The notes: a model not told the origin generated them from the sequence alone. A stretch of 38,208 bases of DNA from an uncultured Phycisphaerales bacterium (GCA_903905665.1 CAIVHJ010000330.1:1-38208); one strand, 5' to 3'. Counted from the stretch's first letter, positions 8,500-17,423 are shown. Program-made: numbers and translations.

Positions 8500-9503
8500 T
8501 AGACTGCCCCTATCCAACCGCCAGAGCCGTTTGAAGTCATTCCGGCAGGACTACCTCCAGAACTTTTAGCCATATTCAACATGCTCGATCCCGGCAATAG
8601 TAGATTCATCCCGAATTGACCCCATCCAGATATTTGATTCTGGAAGGCATTATATTGGTTCAGTCCAGCCGTATAGTTCATTTGAGCCTGATCCAATGCC
8701 TGTTGATACTGACCAAGTTGTTGTGTTTGGTAAGGCTGGTACATCGTATTCAATCCCTGCTGATACTGCGTCAGAAGTGGACTCATTACCGCAGAACTTT
8801 GCGTCGCAGCTGTATTGGCGTAATTCATGGAAGCGTTCGTGGCATTTAGACCTGCTGTTGATGACCCCTGCGCCGCCCCTACCGTTCCCGCGACCTGTCC
8901 TCCGAGCATCCCGATATATCCAAGACGTTCATTGCTGTTCTGAGCAGCCACGTTCTGTTGGAAGAGTTGTAGCGCTCTCTGGCCCGCAGTAGAATCTGAT
9001 GTGGCGGTCTGAGGGGTGTCCCCATTGACCATAATCCCGCGTTGGGACAAAGAATCCTTCAAAGTAATGAAATCCCTCTGCTGTTGCTGTTTGGTGGCCT
9101 CATTTACGGCCCCTGTGCCCTCTAGGGCCGCTTTATAGGTGTCTGACTGAACTTGTGCCACCCCGGCAGACCCGGTGCCTCCTGCGCCCGTCCCGGTGCC
9201 GCCAAAGTAGTTCTGTAGGTATCCGAGAGCCGCACTTCCAACCCCCTGGGCTTGTACGAGTTGCCCTTGCGTTCGTGACTTGAGATCCGCAAGAACATTT
9301 TGATCGATATTCCCCTGGGCGTCGTATAGGCCAGAAATCTGCTGTAAAACCTGTTTATTTTGGGCAAGAGAGGTTCCTGTCCCTTGAATCAGTTGATTGA
9401 ATTGATCTAGGGTAATACCTTCTTTTTTGAGAATATCCTGTTCTTCGGTACTTAAACCGGGGAACTGAGGAAGTGTTGGAGCGTCAGGCGGCGATCCGCA
9501 CAT
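8499..9503 (-). CDS. Gln/Asn/Gly-rich protein, 334 aa (candidate internal virion protein)
   Basis: ATG 9503 (MCGSPPDAP...) follows AGGTAGGTGG. The track start at 9512 is GTG. Low-complexity Q/N/G-rich sequence (QPYQTQQLGQYQQALDQAQMNY, GGTGTGAGGTGSAG). Confidence 0.7.
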   Translation of the reverse strand: MCGSPPDAPTLPQFPGLSTEEQDILKKEGITLDQFNQLIQGTGTSLAQNKQVLQQISGLYDAQGNIDQNVLADLKSRTQGQLVQAQGVGSAALGYLQNYFGGTGTGAGGTGSAGVAQVQSDTYKAALEGTGAVNEATKQQQQRDFITLKDSLSQRGIMVNGDTPQTATSDSTAGQRALQLFQQNVAAQNSNERLGYIGMLGGQVAGTVGAAQGSSTAGLNATNASMNYANTAATQSSAVMSPLLTQYQQGLNTMYQPYQTQQLGQYQQALDQAQMNYTAGLNQYNAFQNQISGWGQFGMNLLLPGSSMLNMAKSSGGSPAGMTSNGSGGWIGAV

Positions 9504-9819
9504 TTGTACCACCTACCTTTTGGTGGAGATCTTCCACCTTGATTATTGGTTTTAAGAATCGGATATAGTCGCCAATAATTTCTCTTGGTAGACATCCGAA
9601 CTTGACTAACAGCCTGTGAAAATCCTTGTGGCCTAGTTCGCTATCCGTAAACCATCCATGCAATTTCTTGGAAAAGATATACCGTTCAATATCGTTTAAG
9701 TCTTTTATAAGCCGTTTCTGTAGCCGGCCATGCTTGTTATCTACCCATCGGCAGAACACCCACTTTGATGGATAGAGAGTCGCTTCAAGAATGCCATCGT
9801 TGAAGATTGTTGTATTCAT
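9484..9819 (-). CDS. Hypothetical protein, 111 aa, AT-rich relative to neighbours (fibre chaperone or moron)
   Basis: ATG 9819 (MNTTIFNDG...) overlaps the stop of the tail-collar gene as TGATG. Three 60-nt samples I counted gave 32-47% GC, against roughly 47-58% in flanking genes. Lys/Phe/Ile-rich, unlike the surrounding S/T/G-rich proteins. Confidence 0.65.
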   Translation of the reverse strand: MNTTIFNDGILEATLYPSKWVFCRWVDNKHGRLQKRLIKDLNDIERYIFSKKLHGWFTDSELGHKDFHRLLVKFGCLPREIIGDYIRFLKPIIKVEDLHQKVGGTNVRIAA

Positions 9820-10682
9820 CAGGTCTTGATTATGAACCCGACGCAAGCCCACGGTTGCATGTTGTTGTGGGCTCCATCACCATTTGTATCTGCTACCGTT
9901 AAACCTGTCTTAGCTGTAGCAAGAGTTATTCCAGTCACTTTTGTTTCGGCCATGCCCTGCGCGCCACTCTGCGCCGAAGAAGATAGGGCCCCCGCGTATC
10001 TATGGGTTCCAGAACCATCGTTATCGTGGCCCTGTACGCTGTGATAATGTCCAGGGTCCGTTAAACTGTGGGCGTGGGCAGATTCTGTTACGTTGTGAGT
10101 TTGTGACGGGAGTTCTGTAGTCGTAAGTAGATGCGTTTCTTCTCCCCCCGTATCACCTACTGCCCTAGCAGTAAGCCCTGTTCCCGTTCCCGATCCAAGG
10201 ATTGATTTCCCGCGTAAGTCTGGAACATTAAAATGAGTCCCATCAACATTTCCCCATGTCGTTCCAATCGCTATAAAAAGGTCTGGATAATCTGCTCGCA
10301 AATAACTCGTTCCATCACACGCAAGAAATCCAGTTGGTACAGTAGAGCTACCGAATGCCCGGATTTCTCCCGTGATAAAAACACTACTAAGGTTGTTCCC
10401 ATTGGCCGCCGGCTGATACCAATAGGTTTTCCCAAGAATCTGAGCGATGACATACCGAAGTCGTTCCAATTCACCCGCAATCGAAGTCGCTTTGCTTAGG
10501 ACGCTCCCAGGATAAGGAGCCGTTTGCAGTTGAGCATCAGCATCAGTGTCGGAATGACCTCCAGCTCCTGATGCGTCTAAGAGAGAAGCGATGTTGGCAA
10601 ATTCTCCATTCCATAGTGCTGAGGCAATGGTTTGATTTGCGACAACCGTTTGAAGTGGTATCGTTCCTGTGGTTCCGCTCAT
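9819..10682 (-). CDS. Tail fibre protein with phage Tail-Collar domain (MdpB-like)
   Basis: GEIRAFGSSTVPTGFLACDGTSYLRADYPDLFIAIGTTWGNVDGTHFNVPDLRGKSILGSGTG...GGEETHLLTTTELPSQTH matches the Collar-domain consensus (PF07484). The C-terminal HNNMQPWACVGFIIK is also typical. Confidence 0.9.
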   Translation of the reverse strand: MSGTTGTIPLQTVVANQTIASALWNGEFANIASLLDASGAGGHSDTDADAQLQTAPYPGSVLSKATSIAGELERLRYVIAQILGKTYWYQPAANGNNLSSVFITGEIRAFGSSTVPTGFLACDGTSYLRADYPDLFIAIGTTWGNVDGTHFNVPDLRGKSILGSGTGTGLTARAVGDTGGEETHLLTTTELPSQTHNVTESAHAHSLTDPGHYHSVQGHDNDGSGTHRYAGALSSSAQSGAQGMAETKVTGITLATAKTGLTVADTNGDGAHNNMQPWACVGFIIKT

Positions 10683-12241
10683 ATTCGTATCCCTCTGGGG
10701 CTGTATAAATAGACCAGCTCCGATAAAAAGAAGTTCTGCCCTATCGAATCGTTAATGAACTCCGCTTGGAAATCTCTTCCGTAATACCCCACATCTACTG
10801 TAGCGGGGACAAGGCTATCCCCCGCAAATACATCTACATCGAATTTGGCTACGTCGAATTTGGCTCCGCTTGCTTGAAGCGTAAACGTCCCGTCTTGTTT
10901 GCGTTCTCCGTCAATATAGGTATGGATGTCGAAATCGACGTTCCCCGATGCACTACCCCTAAACACAAGCCCCTTAAAATGCTTCCATGACCGAGGAGCC
11001 CCTAAGTCTTGTCGGATCGTTTTGATGCGTACTTTAAAAGGGTTCCCGTTGTCGTCGTCATCTGGTTGTTCGAGTTTCCAAATCTTCCCTCCGAAGTCTC
11101 CTGTCCAGAGTTGCCAATCTCCTGGCCCGTTTCTCACTTCCCATACTGCCGATGCTTCGTAACCACTTGGAAAATCCTCGTTGTCATGGATGATCCATGC
11201 GTTTGATGGATCTTTATCAACAAAATACGTGAGGGCTAGATTGTTGTGCGACCCACCCATCTGCATAAAGAACTTGATGCACCGCAGTTTGCGATCGTAG
11301 GCGCAACAGAAATTCTCGATGTTCGATAGGGTTACGTTGTCCCGAATAAACTTATCAATATAAGCCGGGCGAGCCAAAGGAGTCGATGCGTAAGAACCCG
11401 TCGCAATGATCCCTTGCAAGCTGTAGATGGTCGAATCCTCAGCCATGATAAATAGGTTGTTGTTGGCTTTTGCGATAAGGCGCCAATGGGCCGCGCCTCC
11501 ATCCCATAAGGACTCATGGTATCCCCAGTTCTGGCTGTTTGAGTCCGTATCGTCGATGAGGTATGTCTTGGTCTTATCCCAAACAAATAGTTGACCCCCA
11601 AGATCTATCCCTCCGACTAGACCACCCTTGGAATAAACAGGTATTTGAATCACATCGTTGTCACCAAAATTCCAAGGTTCCGCCAATTTGGATGCCCAAA
11701 CGCTGTCTTTCGTTATGGCCCAAAGCCGGATATTTGCGTTCCTAGCATGATTGACAAGTTGGAATGGCATCCCGCTAGTTGAACTCCACGACGAAGCCGT
11801 AGTAACTGCCGTAGGTGTCACCGCCGAGCCATCCCAATACTGAGGGGCGATCTGACCGTCAGCCCAAAAAACATACTGAGAAACTGTTTGATCTGACTGA
11901 GCGCCGATCTGCGTAAACCCAATCGGGTTTGATGTCGAATGACCAGCCTTTAATGGATGGCTCTCGTTCGTATGGTAAACCTTCCCGTTAGCCGCGAAAA
12001 GATGAAAATAGGCTCCGCTACTGAGCCTGAATTGAAAGCCCCCTTGGATCTTTGGAGATCCCGTTATGGCATTCACCAAGTAGAGAGCATTCCCACCTCT
12101 CTTTGATAAACCGTTCTCATGGAAATTGAGATTCTTCGATGGAAGGACTAGAGAGGTGACGGGAAGCAATTCCTGGCTCCTGTCATCTCTCAGGCCAGTC
12201 TGAAGGAACGGGCTACGAAGGATTTGACCGCTGTATCCCAT
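10679..12241 (-). CDS. Virion structural protein, 520 aa (tail hub/tubular-protein candidate by position)
   Basis: Long ORF, ATGA-coupled to the fibre gene and TAATG-coupled to the upstream gene. Aromatic/Gly-rich beta-type sequence. No named motif recognised. Confidence 0.7.
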   Translation of the reverse strand: MGYSGQILRSPFLQTGLRDDRSQELLPVTSLVLPSKNLNFHENGLSKRGGNALYLVNAITGSPKIQGGFQFRLSSGAYFHLFAANGKVYHTNESHPLKAGHSTSNPIGFTQIGAQSDQTVSQYVFWADGQIAPQYWDGSAVTPTAVTTASSWSSTSGMPFQLVNHARNANIRLWAITKDSVWASKLAEPWNFGDNDVIQIPVYSKGGLVGGIDLGGQLFVWDKTKTYLIDDTDSNSQNWGYHESLWDGGAAHWRLIAKANNNLFIMAEDSTIYSLQGIIATGSYASTPLARPAYIDKFIRDNVTLSNIENFCCAYDRKLRCIKFFMQMGGSHNNLALTYFVDKDPSNAWIIHDNEDFPSGYEASAVWEVRNGPGDWQLWTGDFGGKIWKLEQPDDDDNGNPFKVRIKTIRQDLGAPRSWKHFKGLVFRGSASGNVDFDIHTYIDGERKQDGTFTLQASGAKFDVAKFDVDVFAGDSLVPATVDVGYYGRDFQAEFINDSIGQNFFLSELVYLYSPRGIRI

Positions 12242-12531
12242 TAGGAGTCTCTCACCGGCTTGCCTTTAACGAATATGTCTTCCTCTGCGTCAGTTCCTTT
12301 TCCCCACGTTGACGATGGAACCTCTCGATTTGCGAAACCCGTATTCCCAGTTGTCGTCCTCTTTCTCCAAAAGAAGAAAAAGTCAGTCTCAGCGGCTATC
12401 CCCGAATACAGATTCAGAATATGTGCGCGAGCGCCCGCCGATATAGACCCCGATGGTATTGGAGCTCCGGTTCCCATTGGACCTTTACCGAAGTCTATGG
12501 CTGATCGGCGGCGCTCGGCTGTATTAATCAA
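12241..12531 (-). CDS. Hypothetical virion-module protein, 96 aa
   Basis: Translationally coupled on both sides (ATGA at 12528-12531, TAATG at 12241). Lies within the structural operon. Confidence 0.6.
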   Translation of the reverse strand: MINTAERRRSAIDFGKGPMGTGAPIPSGSISAGARAHILNLYSGIAAETDFFFFWRKRTTTGNTGFANREVPSSTWGKGTDAEEDIFVKGKPVRDS

Positions 12532-13457
12532 GTCAGTTGCCCTTTTGTGTAGGTTGTCCCATCATCGCTCAATGTTGCCGTTGCGATAACCGTCCCTGCA
12601 TTATTTTTGATGCTCTCTTCGTTTGAAGTCGCCGTATGCTCATTGCGGAGACTCATGTAAGAGAGCATAAGAGCCTGGTAGATTGTCGGGGTTGAATCTG
12701 GCACGGAAACAAGTTCCGTCATGCTATCGCTACTGAGGGCTGTTCTAATCTGCGTCAATACCGATGCCAGAGCCGATGATCCCAGCGCATTGACTGTCCC
12801 GATGGTCACTCCCGTCTGACTGGCTCCAAGATTGACTGTCTGTAACGTCGGATCGAAATTACTGATGGACCCAGACACAGGTAAAGCCGCTATGATCGCT
12901 TTCAGATCAACACCAGACGTTCCGGCAGTAACGTGCCCCGCCATAGCCTCGTCCCATACCGCCGCGGCGATCGTAGCTGCCGACGGACCAGATGATCCAC
13001 CATCGACAATGGCTTCAAGAGAATCGGTTGACTGATCAAATGTCTGACCTGAGTTCTTGTTCATAATCAGATCCAAGAAGCTCCCAATAGTCGCCGGCAC
13101 TCCTGCCGCTGTCACCTTTGCCAATTTATCGAGTAGGTACGTTTTGAGGACGGCTCCAATACCCTGTTCCTCGCTTGTCCCATCAAAATAGATGGCGTTC
13201 CCGCCTATATTTGGATCGCCATAAGTCGTCGAAGCATAGTAGATGTAGTCGTAGTACCCAGCGGTGATTGTGGCAGGAAACATTGCCTTGTAGTACCCAG
13301 TCGTCCCATCTTCCGTTAGAAGGTTAAGATAGGTAGCCCAATTCGCTGAATTGAATGCTTCAAACGATGACCCATTCCAGTATTGGCCGGATGCGTCATG
13401 GATGACAGCGTAGATTGTTTGTCCTGACTGAGAGGTGCATTTCAGATAGGCGGCCAT
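12528..13457 (-). CDS. Hypothetical virion structural protein, 309 aa
   Basis: Long ORF in the structural operon. N-terminal beta-rich part (GQYWNGSSFEAFNSANWATY...) and an Ala/Ser/Thr-rich C-terminal part. Confidence 0.7.
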   Translation of the reverse strand: MAAYLKCTSQSGQTIYAVIHDASGQYWNGSSFEAFNSANWATYLNLLTEDGTTGYYKAMFPATITAGYYDYIYYASTTYGDPNIGGNAIYFDGTSEEQGIGAVLKTYLLDKLAKVTAAGVPATIGSFLDLIMNKNSGQTFDQSTDSLEAIVDGGSSGPSAATIAAAVWDEAMAGHVTAGTSGVDLKAIIAALPVSGSISNFDPTLQTVNLGASQTGVTIGTVNALGSSALASVLTQIRTALSSDSMTELVSVPDSTPTIYQALMLSYMSLRNEHTATSNEESIKNNAGTVIATATLSDDGTTYTKGQLT

Positions 13458-13458
13458 A

Positions 13459-14355
13459 TTAGTAGTCCGTTACCACTTGAGCAAATTCGTGGAGATCAGT
13501 CCCATATTGCGCTGTTACAACCAATTTCTGTACCTCTTGCATCCATAATCCCCATTCCGTAGGGCCTCTCGTATCGTCATTGAGCATCATGTGTTTTGCT
13601 TTAATCCCTTGAATCCAAAAATTGCGCCATTCCAGATACAGCCGGCTCATCAGAGCAGAATTGAGGTCCGTTTTCATCAGATTGCCGTAGTAGAAGAATT
13701 TCATAGCATAGGTCTGATTATTATCTGGAGCGCAATCCAAAATAAACTCGTCATAGTCCTCATCTCCCATCGGATAGGCTTTGGATGGCCTTCCAACAAG
13801 CGATGGGCGAGCTAATCTAAACTCTTCAACGACATGCTCAAATTTAATCGGGTTTTTTTGGTCGATAATCATATAGCCTGACCCAGAAGCGGGAGCAACC
13901 CTAAACCCTGGTGTAACCGTAAGCGTGATCGTTCCTGAATTGTTCGCCAAAGCAATAATTTGAGAGGCCGAAGCAATCCCTGTCCCCGATGTGATGACAA
14001 TTTCCTTTCCAATGACATCAGAAAACCCTTGTGTTGACCCCGAAGCCATGATAAGCGTTGTTGTAGATCCACCTTGGGCTGTTCCTATGACTGACCCAAA
14101 CATAATTTGAGCGCTCATGTCACTTGAAAAGTCCGTTGGGCATGAATACCGGCTTTGTCCAGGGACAAGGATTCCATAAGCGAAGGTTTGCATGATTTTT
14201 GGTTGTCGGCAAGCCTTCCAAACCTCATTTTTGAGTTGTTCCATGACCTCATTCTGGTATCGAAGCGTCGTCGCAGAGTCAGGATGGCTCTCGTTGGCCT
14301 GTTGTAGCCCTTCAGTTACGATACTAGCGAGCGTTGGCAGCGTTGGCGACGCCAT
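13459..14355 (-). CDS. Hypothetical virion protein, 298 aa (head-tail adaptor candidate by position)
   Basis: First gene after the GT/MT cassette downstream of the capsid gene. Its start overlaps the GT 3' end by 32 nt. No named motif recognised. Confidence 0.65.
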   Translation of the reverse strand: MASPTLPTLASIVTEGLQQANESHPDSATTLRYQNEVMEQLKNEVWKACRQPKIMQTFAYGILVPGQSRYSCPTDFSSDMSAQIMFGSVIGTAQGGSTTTLIMASGSTQGFSDVIGKEIVITSGTGIASASQIIALANNSGTITLTVTPGFRVAPASGSGYMIIDQKNPIKFEHVVEEFRLARPSLVGRPSKAYPMGDEDYDEFILDCAPDNNQTYAMKFFYYGNLMKTDLNSALMSRLYLEWRNFWIQGIKAKHMMLNDDTRGPTEWGLWMQEVQKLVVTAQYGTDLHEFAQVVTDY

Positions 14356-15454
14356 TTAAGACCTCCTGATACGCTTCGACCCACATGGGCCACATTTTAT
14401 CGCAGTCAAAATGCCTTTCAACCGTCTGCCGAGCCGCGATTCCCATGCGGCGCCGTAACTGATCGTCCTGTGTCATTTGATTAAGGGCAAGAAGCCACCC
14501 TGATGGCGAATTGGCTTCGACAAACATCCCGTTATCCGCCACCAAGTCCATCATCTCCGCATAGGGGGAGCAGAATGAACTTACACTTGGAACCTCTAGG
14601 GCCGCCATTTCTAACCATTTGATTGAGCTCTTGCAATTATTGAAATCCGAATCCACCAATGGGATAACGGCGAAGTCCAAATCAAGGATTGCCGAAACGA
14701 ATGGATAGGCTGGCGTTGGGCACCACCCTCGGTATTCAATACGATTCGGGTCTATGCCTTCGAGTGTCCCTTCAAATTTCTGCCCTAAGATCACGAGCGT
14801 GACGTTAGGATTGACCCGCATAAACTCTGGAAGCACCTGGGCGAGGATCTTCCAGTCCTCGAAATGGCTATAGCCTCCAGACCATCCAACTCGAATGCCT
14901 TTGTGGGTTTGGAAAGGGAGTTTCTGCCACAATGACAGGTCAATGCAATTTGGCAGCACCTTGATGTTGGGATTAAACTCACTAAAAACCTTCGCCAGTA
15001 TGGGCGTCGTTGTAGTAACCATGTCAGCTACAGACATGGCCTTTCTTGCCCGTTCAAGGCCGGCTTTGTTCTTAGCAAGATCGATATTCTTTCCATCCGT
15101 CCAGATATCCAGGCTCCCGCCTTTATAGGGGTGACTGTAATTCTCTGTTCCAAAATCCTTGTAGTGTGGCGATAATGGGTCTATTCGGAATAGATTGTCG
15201 TCCCAATCCACGATGACTTTCTTTCCGAGTTTTTTAAACCCCTCAATAGCATTGCAGAACTTCTCATCAAATACGCGGGGAGTCACGCAGATATCAGCCC
15301 ATAAAAGTTTTAAGGCAATATCATCATCGCTATCACCCTTTTCGACGTGCTTGACCTCAAAAGTCTTGTCGTGAAGAGCAGCGGTCTGTAGCGGTTGTGC
15401 GAGGCGATACCATCCGCACCCGCCATTATCTCTGAGGAAGTAGAGGACTTTCAT
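14324..15454 (-). CDS. Glycosyltransferase (GT-B fold, GT1/GT4-like), 376 aa
   Basis: Start MKVLYFLRDNGGCGWYRLAQP is ATGA-coupled to the methyltransferase stop and has GGAGG upstream. The C-terminal half has a GT-B signature (VGWSGG..., ...CKSSIKWLEMAALEVPSVSS, an E-x7-E-like motif). Confidence 0.8.
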   Translation of the reverse strand: MKVLYFLRDNGGCGWYRLAQPLQTAALHDKTFEVKHVEKGDSDDDIALKLLWADICVTPRVFDEKFCNAIEGFKKLGKKVIVDWDDNLFRIDPLSPHYKDFGTENYSHPYKGGSLDIWTDGKNIDLAKNKAGLERARKAMSVADMVTTTTPILAKVFSEFNPNIKVLPNCIDLSLWQKLPFQTHKGIRVGWSGGYSHFEDWKILAQVLPEFMRVNPNVTLVILGQKFEGTLEGIDPNRIEYRGWCPTPAYPFVSAILDLDFAVIPLVDSDFNNCKSSIKWLEMAALEVPSVSSFCSPYAEMMDLVADNGMFVEANSPSGWLLALNQMTQDDQLRRRMGIAARQTVERHFDCDKMWPMWVEAYQEVLNGVANAANAR

Positions 15455-16134
15455 AGCGTCCCCTCCATCATCCACTCTGTCATGTTCGTGTTCACGTACG
15501 GAATAACGGGATGACGCTGGCCTGGGACTCGGTTAGGTGTTCGTCCAGGCATATCAGAAATGTTTAATTGGCCCTTTGCGGCCTCTTTAGCGAACCAAGA
15601 CCGTTTATACCACCAGCGATACCCATCCCACCGGGATTCCTGCTGTTCAGTTTCATCAAGAGGATGGATCGAAACGTAGCATTTCCCGGTCGTTTTCAAT
15701 GCTTTTGACAATGCTTTGCATAAATCTTGGATATCATCCGGGTGGACATGAACCGTAACAGAATTGCAAAGGATGTAGTCGTACTGGTCTGCTACTTCAA
15801 ATGAATCCATCAATTGAAGAATGGGAATGTGCTTTGACTTTAGTCTAACGCACTCCAACATCGCTTCTTTTAGAAGACCAACAGAAATATCTGACCCGTT
15901 AAAATTCCCGTCTTCAAGATAATCAACAAGTCGTACTGTCCCTCGGAGGGCTCCGCATCCGTAGTCCAAGAAGGAATGGGTAGGTCGCAGACCTTGTGCA
16001 ATCATAAAATCATGCTGCATCCTCGCTTCATATCCGACGTTTCCTCCAGAGAAAACCGCGGCTTCCTCAGAGGTTCCATTAAACGCCCATCGTTTCTGAT
16101 AATCGGGCCAATGATTAATAGCTACAGCGGTCAC
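15451..16134 (-). CDS. Class I SAM-dependent methyltransferase, 227 aa
   Basis: Motif I is FLDYGCGALRG. An acidic post-I residue (NGSDIS) and the motif IV-like YDYILCNSV fit the Rossmann-fold pattern. Confidence 0.8.
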   Translation of the reverse strand: MTAVAINHWPDYQKRWAFNGTSEEAAVFSGGNVGYEARMQHDFMIAQGLRPTHSFLDYGCGALRGTVRLVDYLEDGNFNGSDISVGLLKEAMLECVRLKSKHIPILQLMDSFEVADQYDYILCNSVTVHVHPDDIQDLCKALSKALKTTGKCYVSIHPLDETEQQESRWDGYRWWYKRSWFAKEAAKGQLNISDMPGRTPNRVPGQRHPVIPYVNTNMTEWMMEGTL

Positions 16135-16439
16135 TTTTTAAGCGCCTCCACCGTCATTGTGGGTCGTCCGTAATCAGAGTTCAAAAACTCTCTCCAAGCC
16201 TTATTTCGATCTATAACGTCTTTTGAGTTCGTGATTCTCTTCATCCACCCTGGATGGCAGCGATCGTACTCAAGCAAAGTGGTGTTGTTATATCTCCCGA
16301 CAAAACGCATCGTCCGATCCTTCGTAAATCCGTTGGATTGGTCTTTTGCCAGTTCCTTTGAGTAATCGATGAGTTCAGACATCGGCTCTGCGTGGAGAGC
16401 TTTGATTCGGTCTGATTCAAAATTGGCTCGTATAAGCAT
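16131..16439 (-). CDS. Hypothetical protein, 102 aa, first gene of the GT/MT cassette
   Basis: ATGA-coupled to the methyltransferase gene. Its ATG lies 67 nt downstream of the capsid gene stop. Confidence 0.65.
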   Translation of the reverse strand: MLIRANFESDRIKALHAEPMSELIDYSKELAKDQSNGFTKDRTMRFVGRYNNTTLLEYDRCHPGWMKRITNSKDVIDRNKAWREFLNSDYGRPTMTVEALKK

Positions 16440-16449
16440 CGTTTCCTTG

Positions 16450-16493
16450 CCCCTCTCGGGGCCCCGGAGAGCCGTTTGTGCGACCCTCCGGGG
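16450..16493 (-). promoter_or_regulatory. Twin GC-rich hairpins in the gap after the capsid gene (possible attenuator or RNA-stability element)
   Basis: CCCCGGAG (16462-16469) pairs with CTCCGGGG (16486-16493), an 8-bp stem. The adjacent CCCC-tctc-GGGG (16450-16461) forms a second hairpin. No U-tract follows, so this is not a canonical intrinsic terminator. Confidence 0.3.
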
Positions 16494-16506
16494 AATTACT
16501 ACCAGA

Positions 16507-17412
16507 TCAAACCTGGTAATAACCTGTCATTAGACCGGAACCTTTTTCGTTCCGACACTCTAATGTTAATTCCGCTTCGATCTTGTACCGATCGCTCGAA
16601 CCCGTCTTAGCCAGCTCAACCCGATTGACTGGGCGAAGCCATGCCTTGACCCACAACTCCATGGCGCCCAGATTCAGGATATATCCCGGCTGGACATCAT
16701 TGATGATGTGGTGCAGACGAACCATGATCGTTCCAAAGTCCGATTCATACACGTCAACGGTGTTGACGAGTTTCTTCTCTTCGGCTTCGATCCGGCGCGT
16801 GTTCGATGTGAATCCGCTGATCTTCCGCTTCTGGTACGAACCAACGAGGGTCACTGACGGATATCCACCCTGAGCCCAAACCAATGCCAAATTCGCATTA
16901 AAGTTTGTCTCAGATAACGCTTCTGATGTCGCCGTTGCTGTGGTGAGATTCGTCGCAATCCATCCGAACATACCTTTCAACTGCCGAGCGACAGTCGCAC
17001 TTCCGACTGCCGTGTTGGAGTTGATGATGAGGGCATATTCGATATCGCGCGCCAGTTCCTTGGTTCTCTTCAAGGTCTGGTAGTCGATTTCGTCGTTACG
17101 GCCAGCCGCTACAACAGCTCTCTGAGTTTCAGAAACCTGAAACACTTTCCAGAGGATCTGAGTGTAGTTACCAAGGCGAACGGTGGGGACAGCGGCGGTA
17201 GCCGTCGCGTCATCACCTTCGACCTGGGCATTGGCCGCAGCCGTTGCCAGTACGTCAGTCTGCCATTCGTGAAGAGTCTGAATGGCGCGTGAAGCCCCTG
17301 TGTTCGACGTAACCCACGTATCCATCGGTGAGATGTTGGTGATCACGTCAATCAGGTCTTCCCGATTACCAATCGCTTGATAAGTTTGGAATGTTCCTGT
17401 TGGTGCAGTCAT
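16507..17412 (-). CDS. Major capsid protein, HK97 fold, SU10/DUF5309-type
   Basis: The N-terminal signature GNREDLIDVITNISPMDTWVTSNTG...HEWQTDVLATAAANAQVEGDDA...NYTQILWKVFQVSETQRAV...ELARDIEYALI matches the DUF5309/SU10 capsid family pattern as I recall it. It follows a scaffold-like gene. Confidence 0.85.
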   Translation of the reverse strand: MTAPTGTFQTYQAIGNREDLIDVITNISPMDTWVTSNTGASRAIQTLHEWQTDVLATAAANAQVEGDDATATAAVPTVRLGNYTQILWKVFQVSETQRAVVAAGRNDEIDYQTLKRTKELARDIEYALIINSNTAVGSATVARQLKGMFGWIATNLTTATATSEALSETNFNANLALVWAQGGYPSVTLVGSYQKRKISGFTSNTRRIEAEEKKLVNTVDVYESDFGTIMVRLHHIINDVQPGYILNLGAMELWVKAWLRPVNRVELAKTGSSDRYKIEAELTLECRNEKGSGLMTGYYQV

Positions 17413-17423
17413 CTAATTTGTCC

